A stretch of DNA of 49,182 nucleotides, taken from assembly GCA_050946755.1 (NCBI GenBank), contig JBMNVK010000001.1:1-49182 (forward strand). The letters run 5' to 3'. This document shows, piece after piece, positions 20,083-27,721 of this stretch (its first letter is position 1; each line of letters opens with the position of its first letter). Origin of the DNA: Aminivibrio sp. (GTDB lineage: Bacteria > Synergistota > Synergistia > Synergistales > Aminobacteriaceae). The translations under genes and the position numbers were made by a program. The notes under the pieces are model-generated. The model had not been told where the DNA came from, searched no databases, and was given only the letters and a program-made list of their open reading frames with translations.

Positions 20083-20720
20083 GCAGTTTGAAGTCACGAA
20101 TAAAGAGGGGGCGGCATCGCCCCTCTTATTTTTGCCGGCCGCCCCAAAAAGGGGATCTGGCAGTAGTGATGGCCCAATCCCGGGGCCGCCGGTTTGATCC
20201 CGCCCTTATCCTCGGGGTGGCCGCGAGGTGCGGATTTGGCCTCCCCTCGGTCATAACCTGCCGCCCTCTGAGGCGGGGAGAGCCCTTTCCCACCACCTTC
20301 TGGCTCACCTGTCCTCACCTTGTAAAACTCTGCGGCTCCCTTGAGTCGGAGGGCGCCGTCGGCGAGCTCAACATGATGGCTCAAAGGGATCAGAGCGGAT
20401 GGTCCGCTTATAACCTGCTTCACGCCCAAATCCGCATCTCCCTGACAGAGCCTCCCGCGGCGAAGTTTTTACGAAAATTCCGCCGGTCACAGTGGGATGT
20501 ACTTCGCAAAGGGGGCGTTGGAGGCATTGATTACCGTGCCTCCCTTAAGGGAGGGGCAAAATGTCTGCACCTGCAGACGGCCTCGTGGCTTGCCCTGGGA
20601 TTTCACCCTGCTGCAACCTGCCTGGAGGATTCCCTCTCCCCCCTATACTGCAAAAATCCCCCTGAAGAATGCCTGAAAAATACCCCCAGAATAAAGGAGG
20701 CTCTCCATGTGGAAGGGTAG
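20079..20720 (+). CDS. DUF501 family protein
   Basis: PFPTTFWLTCP, LESEG, GVGG, KCLH motifs. Confidence 0.85.
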   Translation: MSSLKSRIKRGRHRPSYFCRPPQKGDLAVVMAQSRGRRFDPALILGVAARCGFGLPSVITCRPLRRGEPFPTTFWLTCPHLVKLCGSLESEGAVGELNMMAQRDQSGWSAYNLLHAQIRISLTEPPAAKFLRKFRRSQWDVLRKGGVGGIDYRASLKGGAKCLHLQTASWLALGFHPAATCLEDSLSPLYCKNPPEECLKNTPRIKEALHVEG

Positions 20721-22128
20721 ATTTGCCGAAGGTACTGCCCGTGTTGTACAGGAGTTCACCCAGTCCCTGGACCTTGACTGGGATCTTGCCCCCTACGATA
20801 TTGAGGGGAGCATTGTCCACGCCAGAATGCTGGCAGCTGTGGGCCTCATAGAGGCAGATGAGGCGGACAGGATTACGGAGGGCCTTAACAGAATAAAAGA
20901 TGAAATAGCTTCCGGTGACCTCCAACCCTCAGTTGAGCTTGAAGACGTGCACATGAACATAGAGAGTCGGCTTACGGAGCTCTTGGGCCCCCTGGGAGCA
21001 AAACTCCATACGGGGCGAAGCAGAAACGACCAGGTGGCTGTCACGCTGCGCCTCTTCCTCAGGGAGGGACTCCTACAAATCGGAGAAGCCATGGCTCTGC
21101 TGCTCGCTGCCCTCCTGGACAGGGCCCGCAGGCACACGGAGATAATCATCCCGGGCTACACTCACCTTCAGCAGGCCCAGCCCATATCCATGGGCCACTA
21201 CTGGATGGCCCACTTCGAAGCCTTTTCAAGGGACTGCAGCAGGCTGCTATTTGCCCTTGACTCCCTGGCAGAATGTCCTCTCGGTGCCGGAGCTCTTGCA
21301 GGCTCAACCCTACCCCTGGATCGTCACTTTTCTGCCCGTGCCCTGGGCTTTGACTCTCCCACAAAAAACAGCCTCGACACGGTAGCCCAGCGGGACTATA
21401 TGGCGGATTACCACTCCTTTGCATCCATGTTCGCCATACACTGCAGCAGAATGGCCGAGGACCTGATCATCTACGCATCCTCCGAATTCGGATGGCTCCT
21501 GCTTCCCGATGCCTTCTGCACCGGCTCAAGCATGATGCCTCAAAAGAAAAACCCCGATGTCCTTGAGCTGATCCGGGGCAAAACAGGACAGATTATCGCC
21601 CACCATACAGACCTTTTAGTCACTCTGAAGGGCCTTCCCCTGACCTACAATCGGGATCTGCAGGAGGATAAAAGAGGCCTCAAAGCTTCCCTGCGCACGG
21701 TGAAGCAGATTCTGTCTGTCCTCCCCTCCCTTATCTCAGCGGTGGAGGTGGATGAACAGAGGGCCGCCTCTTCCATGAAGGATGGCATCCTCCTGGCCAC
21801 CGATGTGGCGGAGTACCTGGTGCTGCAGGGAGTTCCCTTTAGGCAGGCTCATGAAAAGGTAGGAAAACTGGTTAAAGAATGCCTTGAAATAGAAAAAAGC
21901 CTCCTGGAGCTTGCACCTAATGAGTGGAAAGAGCTGCTTCCCGAGGCCGGAGAAGATCTGTTTAGCCGTCTTTCCCTCCGCTCTTCGGTGGAGGGGAGAA
22001 AAACAACAGGGGGCACGGCTTTTGATCAGGTTGCCATGCAGATAGAAAAGGGCCGGTCCTTTCTGGAAGATTTTGAAAAAACGGTCTTCCAGGGGAAAGA
22101 AAAGGCAAAAATAGGGAAAACACCCTGA
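20707..22128 (+). CDS. argH: Argininosuccinate lyase
   Basis: MWKGRF, LHTGRSRNDQVA, PGYTHLQQAQP, GSSMMPQKKNPD, YNRDLQEDK. Confidence 0.98.
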   Translation: MWKGRFAEGTARVVQEFTQSLDLDWDLAPYDIEGSIVHARMLAAVGLIEADEADRITEGLNRIKDEIASGDLQPSVELEDVHMNIESRLTELLGPLGAKLHTGRSRNDQVAVTLRLFLREGLLQIGEAMALLLAALLDRARRHTEIIIPGYTHLQQAQPISMGHYWMAHFEAFSRDCSRLLFALDSLAECPLGAGALAGSTLPLDRHFSARALGFDSPTKNSLDTVAQRDYMADYHSFASMFAIHCSRMAEDLIIYASSEFGWLLLPDAFCTGSSMMPQKKNPDVLELIRGKTGQIIAHHTDLLVTLKGLPLTYNRDLQEDKRGLKASLRTVKQILSVLPSLISAVEVDEQRAASSMKDGILLATDVAEYLVLQGVPFRQAHEKVGKLVKECLEIEKSLLELAPNEWKELLPEAGEDLFSRLSLRSSVEGRKTTGGTAFDQVAMQIEKGRSFLEDFEKTVFQGKEKAKIGKTP

Positions 22129-22174
22129 AAAACTCTTGAAATGGCCTCTAACATATAAAAATAATTCTAAAGCC

Positions 22175-22202
22175 TTGACTCCCGCTGTTTTTTGTGTAAA
22201 AT
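22175..22202 (+). promoter_or_regulatory. Sigma-70-type tRNA promoter, left copy
   Basis: TTGACT-16 bp-TAAAAT, ending 27 nt upstream of the tRNA fragment. Confidence 0.75.
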
Positions 22203-22229
22203 TAGCACTTGCGCACGCCGGAAAGAGTC

Positions 22230-22270
22230 GAGCCGTTAGCTCAGTCGGCAGAGCACCGGACTTTTAATCC
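22230..22270 (+). pseudogene. 5' half of tRNA-Lys(UUU), nt 1-41, truncated in the 3' strand of the anticodon stem
   Basis: GAGCCGTTAGCTCAGTCGGCAGAGCACCGGACTTTTAATCC, then unrelated sequence. No T-arm or acceptor 3' strand. Confidence 0.93.
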
Positions 22271-22371
22271 TTAAAGGAAAAATGAAATCTGTAAACCCTT
22301 GCAAATACTGCCTTTTCGGTTTTCAAGGTGCATTTTAAGCGCAACGGACTTGTTTTTACGGGGTTAACATT

Positions 22372-22408
22372 TGACGTCTCCTGACCAACCAGGGGGCGTC
22401 ATTTTTTT
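22372..22408 (+). terminator. Intrinsic terminator inside the element's left end
   Basis: TGACGTCTCCTG-ACCAAC-CAGGGGGCGTCA (12-bp stem with two G-U pairs) followed by T7. Confidence 0.8.
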
Positions 22409-22459
22409 ATGTCCGAACGGCTCCTGATGGAGGCGCCGCCGGGCATACTGTGAGCATAC

Positions 22460-23491
22460 TTATTGCCCCTTCTCTGGTGCGGGCTTTTCCCCCCACCATT
22501 CATCAAAGCCAACTAAAAAGGTTGTTGCCCCCTTCCGACCTTCCTTGACGGTCTTTCCTTCCCGGGCAGCTCGATCCCGCTTCCGCTTTTGTTCGGAAAA
22601 TCGGCGCAACATGTCACGGTGATAATGGTGTCCCTTGTATGGTCCGGTCTTTTTCCGCCACATTATTTTTTCCCCCGCGCTGTTTCGCTCTCTGCAGTAG
22701 ATCCCGGTCAATACGCACCGCCGTACTATTTCCTCCGCCGGTCCATCTCCAAAGAAGCTTTGCGACAATTGAAGCCAGACCGCTCCAAGGAGGCTAAGAG
22801 GCGTTAGGAGTGACTTGTAAATTCCATCCTGCATTTTGTGCGATACGGTCAGGGGAGCTTTCGCCATTCGCTCGTCCAAAAAAGCCCCTAAAAGCGCCTT
22901 GGCAATTAACTTTCTGGGGTCGGGTGTTTTTACAAGCAGGCGGATACTCCGAGACTCCCACTCATTGACGCGGACGTTCAAACACGCCATTCTCCCGTTA
23001 ACAGTCATAGGCAGCTCCTTGCCCATCTCGAAGTCCCCCCGAAGCTCCAGGAACCGCCGGACAATGGCAATTTCTTGCCGCCAGGTCGCGATCATCTCAA
23101 GGCTGATTCTGTAGGGTATGCCCTGCACGCAGACGGTATGCCGCAGGTTCCCGTATTTTCCCGCGAAACTCAAAATATCCGCGTCGGTTTTAAGACTCGC
23201 GAACTGCTGAAACAACGGCTCCTCACCGTTGAAGTAGGCATGCAAACAATTGACGGCTGAAGCTGGCGGTCCCTTGGGGAGCAGCAGCATAGGGCGTATC
23301 TTTTTAGCATCCTCCAGGGGCATGTCCTCAGCGAAGGGAAAGACCGGGAGCGTATCATCTGCCTTTCCGCCAAGGATGCGCCGAGTAGACACCTGCTCCC
23401 CCGCCTCGATCAGCTCGAAGCCCCCTTGATAAATCACGTTGAAAAACTCAGACTCCTGCGGAGCTTCAATAAAACCTTCCAGAGATTCCAT
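22460..23491 (-). CDS. Hypothetical element protein, possible DNA-binding regulator
   Basis: 343 aa ORF divergent from the HTH gene. The segment SLLGAVWLQL...IVRRCVLTGIYC is loosely reminiscent of CGNR/ABATE-type zinc-finger proteins. Basic C-terminus. Confidence 0.7.
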   Translation of the reverse strand: MESLEGFIEAPQESEFFNVIYQGGFELIEAGEQVSTRRILGGKADDTLPVFPFAEDMPLEDAKKIRPMLLLPKGPPASAVNCLHAYFNGEEPLFQQFASLKTDADILSFAGKYGNLRHTVCVQGIPYRISLEMIATWRQEIAIVRRFLELRGDFEMGKELPMTVNGRMACLNVRVNEWESRSIRLLVKTPDPRKLIAKALLGAFLDERMAKAPLTVSHKMQDGIYKSLLTPLSLLGAVWLQLSQSFFGDGPAEEIVRRCVLTGIYCRERNSAGEKIMWRKKTGPYKGHHYHRDMLRRFSEQKRKRDRAAREGKTVKEGRKGATTFLVGFDEWWGEKPAPEKGQ

Positions 23492-23695
23492 TCATGTTTC
23501 CCCCTAAAAAGATGACCACTTCACCCACCTGTGATTTTACATCCCAGCATCGGATAATTCAAGTACCACAAATAAATAAGCGCCGAGCTGCTCCGGACGC
23601 TAGAGCGGCAAGCCGGGAACCAGACCAGAACGGAGATATCCGACTCGTGTGACAACCGGAGCAGAAATAAAAAAATTAAATGGAGGTTTTTAAAA

Positions 23696-23929
23696 ATGAC
23701 GACTTTGATTCAGGCAGAACTCGAAAAACGGGATCGGAGTGTTCATTACATGCATAAGAAATTGGGCGGTAACAGGACGAGGGTATACGACGCTGCGCGG
23801 GGCTATGGCAGGGCAACGCTGCCTTTGAGGCAGAAAATAGCGGATTTTCTGGGTGTGCCTGTGGACGCGATTTTTAGCGAGGATGGATTTGCGCGGAAAG
23901 CAGTGTCACCCCCTAAAGCGGGAGATTGA
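23696..23929 (+). CDS. Small XRE/Cro-like HTH protein
   Basis: 77 aa with GGAGG RBS. Pattern SVHYMHKKLGGNRTRVY...RQKIADFLGVPVDAIF fits the XRE/Cro family. Confidence 0.75.
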   Translation: MTTLIQAELEKRDRSVHYMHKKLGGNRTRVYDAARGYGRATLPLRQKIADFLGVPVDAIFSEDGFARKAVSPPKAGD

Positions 23930-23942
23930 AGGAGGGACCACG

Positions 23943-24323
23943 ATGAAGCTGAAAGCGGGCGCAGTGTTGCGCATAGAAGCCGGAGACGAGAAGTTTTGCG
24001 TTGAGATCACAAAGGATGAGGTTTTTTTCCCAAGGGAGGAGGGCGGGATTTTCCGACTCGACAGCGATACTCGCGCGGTCCTTGTGGACGATACCGAAAT
24101 GAGCGTTCTGTCCGCTCTCGGGAAAGAGTTTTTCGGAATCGACCACAAGGCGGGCGGAGAAACCGCTGAGAGGCTGCGAATAAGGCGAGGCAACATTGAG
24201 GAATTTTTCAACGAAGATGGCTTTCCTATGAGAGGGCGATGGCTCGCGATTATCCCAGTTTGCATTTTCGAGCAGGTTTTTGCCGGTGAGATCAGATCCG
24301 AAAGGCTCCCGCCGTGGAAATAG
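23943..24323 (+). CDS. Hypothetical protein
   Basis: ATG at 23943 preceded by GGAGG (126 aa, MKLKAGAVLRIE...). Second gene of the rightward operon. Confidence 0.7.
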   Translation: MKLKAGAVLRIEAGDEKFCVEITKDEVFFPREEGGIFRLDSDTRAVLVDDTEMSVLSALGKEFFGIDHKAGGETAERLRIRRGNIEEFFNEDGFPMRGRWLAIIPVCIFEQVFAGEIRSERLPPWK

Positions 24324-24398
24324 AATAATGCCGCCCCTGGTTGCAGCCGGGAGCGGCAGGTTGCCCGGCGCGCGAACGCCGGAGAAAGGAAAATCCTC

Positions 24399-24488
24399 AT
24401 GAAAAAGTTTACCACGGAAATCATCTTTTGGGGCGCTATAGGTTTTCTTGTCGGTCTGGTTCCTTTCCTGGTGGGGATCACGCCATGA
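24399..24488 (+). CDS. 29-aa hydrophobic peptide (not in the ORF track)
   Basis: AAAGGA RBS. MKKFTTEIIFWGAIGFLVGLVPFLVGITP*. Stop overlaps the next ATG (ATGA). Confidence 0.55.
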   Translation: MKKFTTEIIFWGAIGFLVGLVPFLVGITP

Positions 24489-24973
24489 AGAAGGCTTTTC
24501 ATAACCACAAGGGCAAGGTATACGCCACGCTGGAAAACGGAGTTCTCCGGAAGAGCGAGCGCCAAAAAGATCGCCTGAAAGTCACCGGCGGCAGAGCTCA
24601 CGCCATTGATGCAGACCTTCTCTCCGAGGCTATTGGCGCGGGGGGACGGGTGCTCCAGATCCGCGAGAGGGGGCTTGCCGGCGAAGTGCGGATCTTCCAA
24701 ATCCAGCTTGAAGACATCCGCAGGTATGGACGGCGGTTGACTCTCGCCGGGGTTGCAAGGGTGACGGTCCCCCTGGAAAGATGCAAGCTCCTGCAAGGTC
24801 CGGAGGAGCCGTGGCGACTGCTTGCCAGGCAAGAGCACATCGAAGCCGAGGAACGGCGCGAGGAAACGGAGGCGGTCCAGGGGGATCAGCTGCAATTGTT
24901 CGAGATCTCCCCCTCGGAGATTCGCCAGGGTTACGAGCAGGGAACCTTTCCCCGCCAGAGGGCAGCGCCTTGA
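24485..24973 (+). CDS. Hypothetical phage-type protein
   Basis: ATG at 24485 (MKKAFHNHKGKVYATLENG...AHAIDADLL...), 162 aa, overlapping neighbours on both sides. Confidence 0.7.
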   Translation: MKKAFHNHKGKVYATLENGVLRKSERQKDRLKVTGGRAHAIDADLLSEAIGAGGRVLQIRERGLAGEVRIFQIQLEDIRRYGRRLTLAGVARVTVPLERCKLLQGPEEPWRLLARQEHIEAEERREETEAVQGDQLQLFEISPSEIRQGYEQGTFPRQRAAP

Positions 24974-25227
24974 AGATCGCCGAACTTATGCAGATTGCGG
25001 CGGGTCACTTCCCGGGTGACCAGGAGGCACTCGCCGACATTTTCCAGGCGGAGGTCGTCTGCTATGCTTGGCGATCCTTTGAAAAGGGCATGTCCTCCGC
25101 CGAGTGTTTGGGGGCTATCTGTGAAGAGCTCCCGCCGCTGACCGCAGAAGATGCCGCCGGGGTGCTGAGGTTGATCCTGCGGGAGTGGAAGATATTTTCT
25201 CTAGGAAAGCGTGGTGGTGGAGGGTGA
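24970..25227 (+). CDS. Hypothetical small helical protein
   Basis: TTG start overlapping the previous TGA. Stop overlaps the rep GTG (GTGA). 85 aa. Confidence 0.6.
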   Translation: MKIAELMQIAAGHFPGDQEALADIFQAEVVCYAWRSFEKGMSSAECLGAICEELPPLTAEDAAGVLRLILREWKIFSLGKRGGGG

Positions 25228-25982
25228 GTGATGATTGGTTCGCTTTGATACCGGCAGCCGTGTTTCTTGATCCTGACCTTAACGCTCATGAAAAATTGAC
25301 AGTATCTGTGCTCATTCTTCACCGGAATGCGGAGACCGGATGCAGTTTTCCGAGCATATCTCGAATGTCGAGGCTCGCTGGGTTGTCCGAAAAAACCGTT
25401 AAACGGGCGGTAGCCACACTTGAAAAGAAGGGCAAGGTTCTGGTGAAACGGAGGCTTTCTCCAAGTGGGGACTGGGACACTAATCTTTACTCATTGAGGG
25501 GGTGGGGTCTCACAGTCCCTACCTGGGGTCACACAGACCCTACCTCCGGTCAGGCAGACCCCAGGGTGGGGTCACACAGTCCCCAGGGGTGGGGTCTGAC
25601 AGACCCTCTAACATACCCATATAGACAAACCCAGAAACAAGAAAAGTCATCCCCTAAAAAGGGAGGTTCAAAGACTCTAAACCATAGGGGAAAAATTGAA
25701 GAGGCTTTCTCCATGTTCTGGCAGGTCTACCCTAAAAAACAGGGCAAGAGGGCGGCACTCGAAGAATTCAGCCGGCTGTTTCCCCTCGACCTTCCCGGCG
25801 AGACCCTAAATGCCAGGCTCCAAAACATCTGCGGGCAGGCTCTGCTTTATTCGGAATCGGTAGAGGGCACGGAGCCGAGATACATAAAAGCTCCGAAAAA
25901 TTGGCTCAAGGAATGCGATCCGGATGAAGCGGCGACCGTTGAGGTTGAAACCTGGGTCAGGGAGACGGAGGAGCCGCAATGA
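25224..25982 (+). CDS. Phage-type replication initiator (N-terminal wHTH, HTH_36/lambda O-like)
   Basis: FALIPAAVFLDPDLNAHEKL...SFPSISRMSRLAGLSEKTVKRAVATLEKKG...TNLYSL, internal iterons, and C-terminal FSMFWQVYPKKQGK...YIKAPKNWL. Likely GTG start at 25224. Confidence 0.85.
   Translation: MSDDWFALIPAAVFLDPDLNAHEKLTVSVLILHRNAETGCSFPSISRMSRLAGLSEKTVKRAVATLEKKGKVLVKRRLSPSGDWDTNLYSLRGWGLTVPTWGHTDPTSGQADPRVGSHSPQGWGLTDPLTYPYRQTQKQEKSSPKKGGSKTLNHRGKIEEAFSMFWQVYPKKQGKRAALEEFSRLFPLDLPGETLNARLQNICGQALLYSESVEGTEPRYIKAPKNWLKECDPDEAATVEVETWVRETEEPQ
25503..25606 (+). repeat. Five 17-bp iteron-like repeats (putative replication origin)
   Basis: TGGGGTCTCACAGTCCC, TGGGGTCACACAGACCC, TCCGGTCAGGCAGACCC, TGGGGTCACACAGTCCC, TGGGGTCTGACAGACCC at 25503/25524/25545/25567/25590, followed by an A-rich tract. 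Confidence 0.85.
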
Positions 25983-27337
25983 AACAGTTCTACGACTCCG
26001 CCGGCGCGCTCCGGATACTCAGGAACCTCGAAGCCTCTGACACGGAAGATGCCGCCGCGTTGAAGCTGGAGATCATCAAGTCGGAGGCTGAGACCCTGAT
26101 CCTCGAAAGATGCTTTACTCCTCTGGAGGCTTTAAGGGTTATGAGGGAGCTGAACGGCGCGACAAATCCCAGCATCCCGGACGCTGAAATATCAGAGGCA
26201 TTGACTGCCTTTCTGCATCACCGTTTGAGGGGGATGGACCGGGCGGACGCATTGCCCAAAACCGCAGAGACGATGTTTAGGGCGGCTGAGCAAGAAATCA
26301 AAATGCAGCGGGGGGCTGAGCCTGCGAAGCTGTATGTCCCCCTGCTTGACGAGGCGCTTCAAAGTGGGCTTTATCCGGGCTACGTCCTCGGGGTCACAGG
26401 GCATGAAGGCAGCCTGAAAAGCTCCCTCGCCCTCCATATAGCCGAAAAAAACACCTGGGAAAATCCGGCGGTCCGAACCTTGTTTGTCAGTTTGGATATG
26501 ACGGGGGAGATGTTAGCCTTCAGGCGGGTATCAAGATATTTGAACGTCCATGAGGCTACGGTCCGGGAGATGGCGCAGGCGGGAAGTCCTGACTACATTC
26601 AGGCGAAGGATGCGATTCGCAAGTGGGATGGCGGAAGGTTGTTTTTCGCCGGCGGTCCGATGACGCTGACGGGGCTTGTGGAGCAGGTGGGGATGACGCT
26701 GCCGAGTGTCGTTATTGTGGATTACATCAGCCTCCTGCAGGTGGAGGGCGAGGCGGACCAGTTCAAAGCCTTGAAAAAAGCCGTGGACGGGATACGAGAA
26801 CTCCGGGACCAAACGAAGGCAGTTTTTATTTTACTCTCGCAGATGTCCAGGGCATCCAAGACGGCGGCGAAGGCAGGGCAGACTGGGAGTCACGCCTTCG
26901 GCGGCTCGATCATTGAGCACCTTCTGGACGTGGAGATCGAGTTGATCATGGACGAACCTCTCGAAGAAGATGAACAGAGGCGGCTTGTTGCAACGGTCAC
27001 GAAGAACCGTTTCGGACAAGCGGGGGGCAGCTTTGAGGTGGAATATACGGGCATGAGCAAGCGCATCACGGGCAAGGCATGGAGGCTCAAACGAGAGAAG
27101 AAAGCGAAACCCGCCTTCGGCTCCCGGGAGAGTCTGTTTGATCTGCCGGACGCACCTACTGCGCCAAAGGAGGGCGACATTGAAACATGGCTGGAGCGGC
27201 ATCCTGAAATAAGGGATGAGCTTCTAGAGGAGGCGGAGAAAGCCTTCGATCCCCTACGTTATGACTCAGTGCTTCGAGGTCATGGCGCGGCAAAGATTCA
27301 AGGAGCACCAATAAAGGGGGGTGAGGAAAAATGGTAA
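25979..27337 (+). CDS. DnaB-like (SF4) replicative helicase
   Basis: Walker A GHEGSLKS, FVSLDM, Walker B VVIVDY, LLSQMSR, KNRFG. ATGA-coupled to the initiator gene. Confidence 0.85.
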   Translation: MKQFYDSAGALRILRNLEASDTEDAAALKLEIIKSEAETLILERCFTPLEALRVMRELNGATNPSIPDAEISEALTAFLHHRLRGMDRADALPKTAETMFRAAEQEIKMQRGAEPAKLYVPLLDEALQSGLYPGYVLGVTGHEGSLKSSLALHIAEKNTWENPAVRTLFVSLDMTGEMLAFRRVSRYLNVHEATVREMAQAGSPDYIQAKDAIRKWDGGRLFFAGGPMTLTGLVEQVGMTLPSVVIVDYISLLQVEGEADQFKALKKAVDGIRELRDQTKAVFILLSQMSRASKTAAKAGQTGSHAFGGSIIEHLLDVEIELIMDEPLEEDEQRRLVATVTKNRFGQAGGSFEVEYTGMSKRITGKAWRLKREKKAKPAFGSRESLFDLPDAPTAPKEGDIETWLERHPEIRDELLEEAEKAFDPLRYDSVLRGHGAAKIQGAPIKGGEEKW

Positions 27338-27567
27338 TTTCCATCAGCGAGTTCTACGCTTTGCGGCGAGATCTTAGCCTGAATTTTGCCGATGCGGCGC
27401 AAGCCCTTGGGGAGCGGCGGGCGGACGATCTGTCCCTAGGGTTGACCGAACTTACAACGGATGACCGCCGACGAATGAAAGACTACGCCGAGCAGCGGGA
27501 CGCTAAAATAGAACGGCTCCGGCAGGCAGAGCGAGACCGTATCCGTAATTTTTTCGGCGGAAGATGA
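27331..27567 (+). CDS. Hypothetical protein
   Basis: GAGG RBS, overlaps the helicase stop, followed by a terminator. Confidence 0.65.
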   Translation: MVISISEFYALRRDLSLNFADAAQALGERRADDLSLGLTELTTDDRRRMKDYAEQRDAKIERLRQAERDRIRNFFGGR

Positions 27568-27575
27568 TGATATTG

Positions 27576-27602
27576 CAGGGGGGATGCTTTCCCCCTGTTT
27601 TT
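27576..27602 (+). terminator. Intrinsic terminator closing the replication operon
   Basis: CAGGGGGGA-TGCT-TTCCCCCTG followed by T5. Confidence 0.75.
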
Positions 27603-27721
27603 GCGGGTGATGCGCCGTAGTCATTGCAATTGCCGAGGGTTGACGGAGCGCACCACCTCTCCGAACTAAAAGATGATAAAGTAAGGTGTGCTGATGAGCG
27701 TAAGCAGGGGGGAGAGTCAAA

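Larger units (their letters stand above)
22171..22270 (+). repeat. attL: 100-bp direct repeat (tRNA promoter + 5' 41 nt of tRNA-Lys)
   Basis: AGCCTTGACTCCC...GGACTTTTAATCC is identical to 31938-32037. It diverges afterwards (TTAAAGG here vs GGGTGTC). Confidence 0.95.

Noticed and set aside
23906-24895. 329-aa minus-strand ORF inside the element
   Set aside because: It is antisense to a chain of RBS-bearing, translationally coupled + strand genes and has no recognisable motifs.
25503-25606. Repeats as a mini CRISPR array
   Set aside because: Units are 17 bp with only 4-6 bp between them, lie in-frame inside a rep gene, and no cas genes are present. Iterons fit better.
27691-27710. Hammerhead ribozyme core (CTGATGA-GC-GTAA-GC)
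   Set aside because: The required GAAA after stem II is absent (AGGGG instead), and no stems I/III were found.
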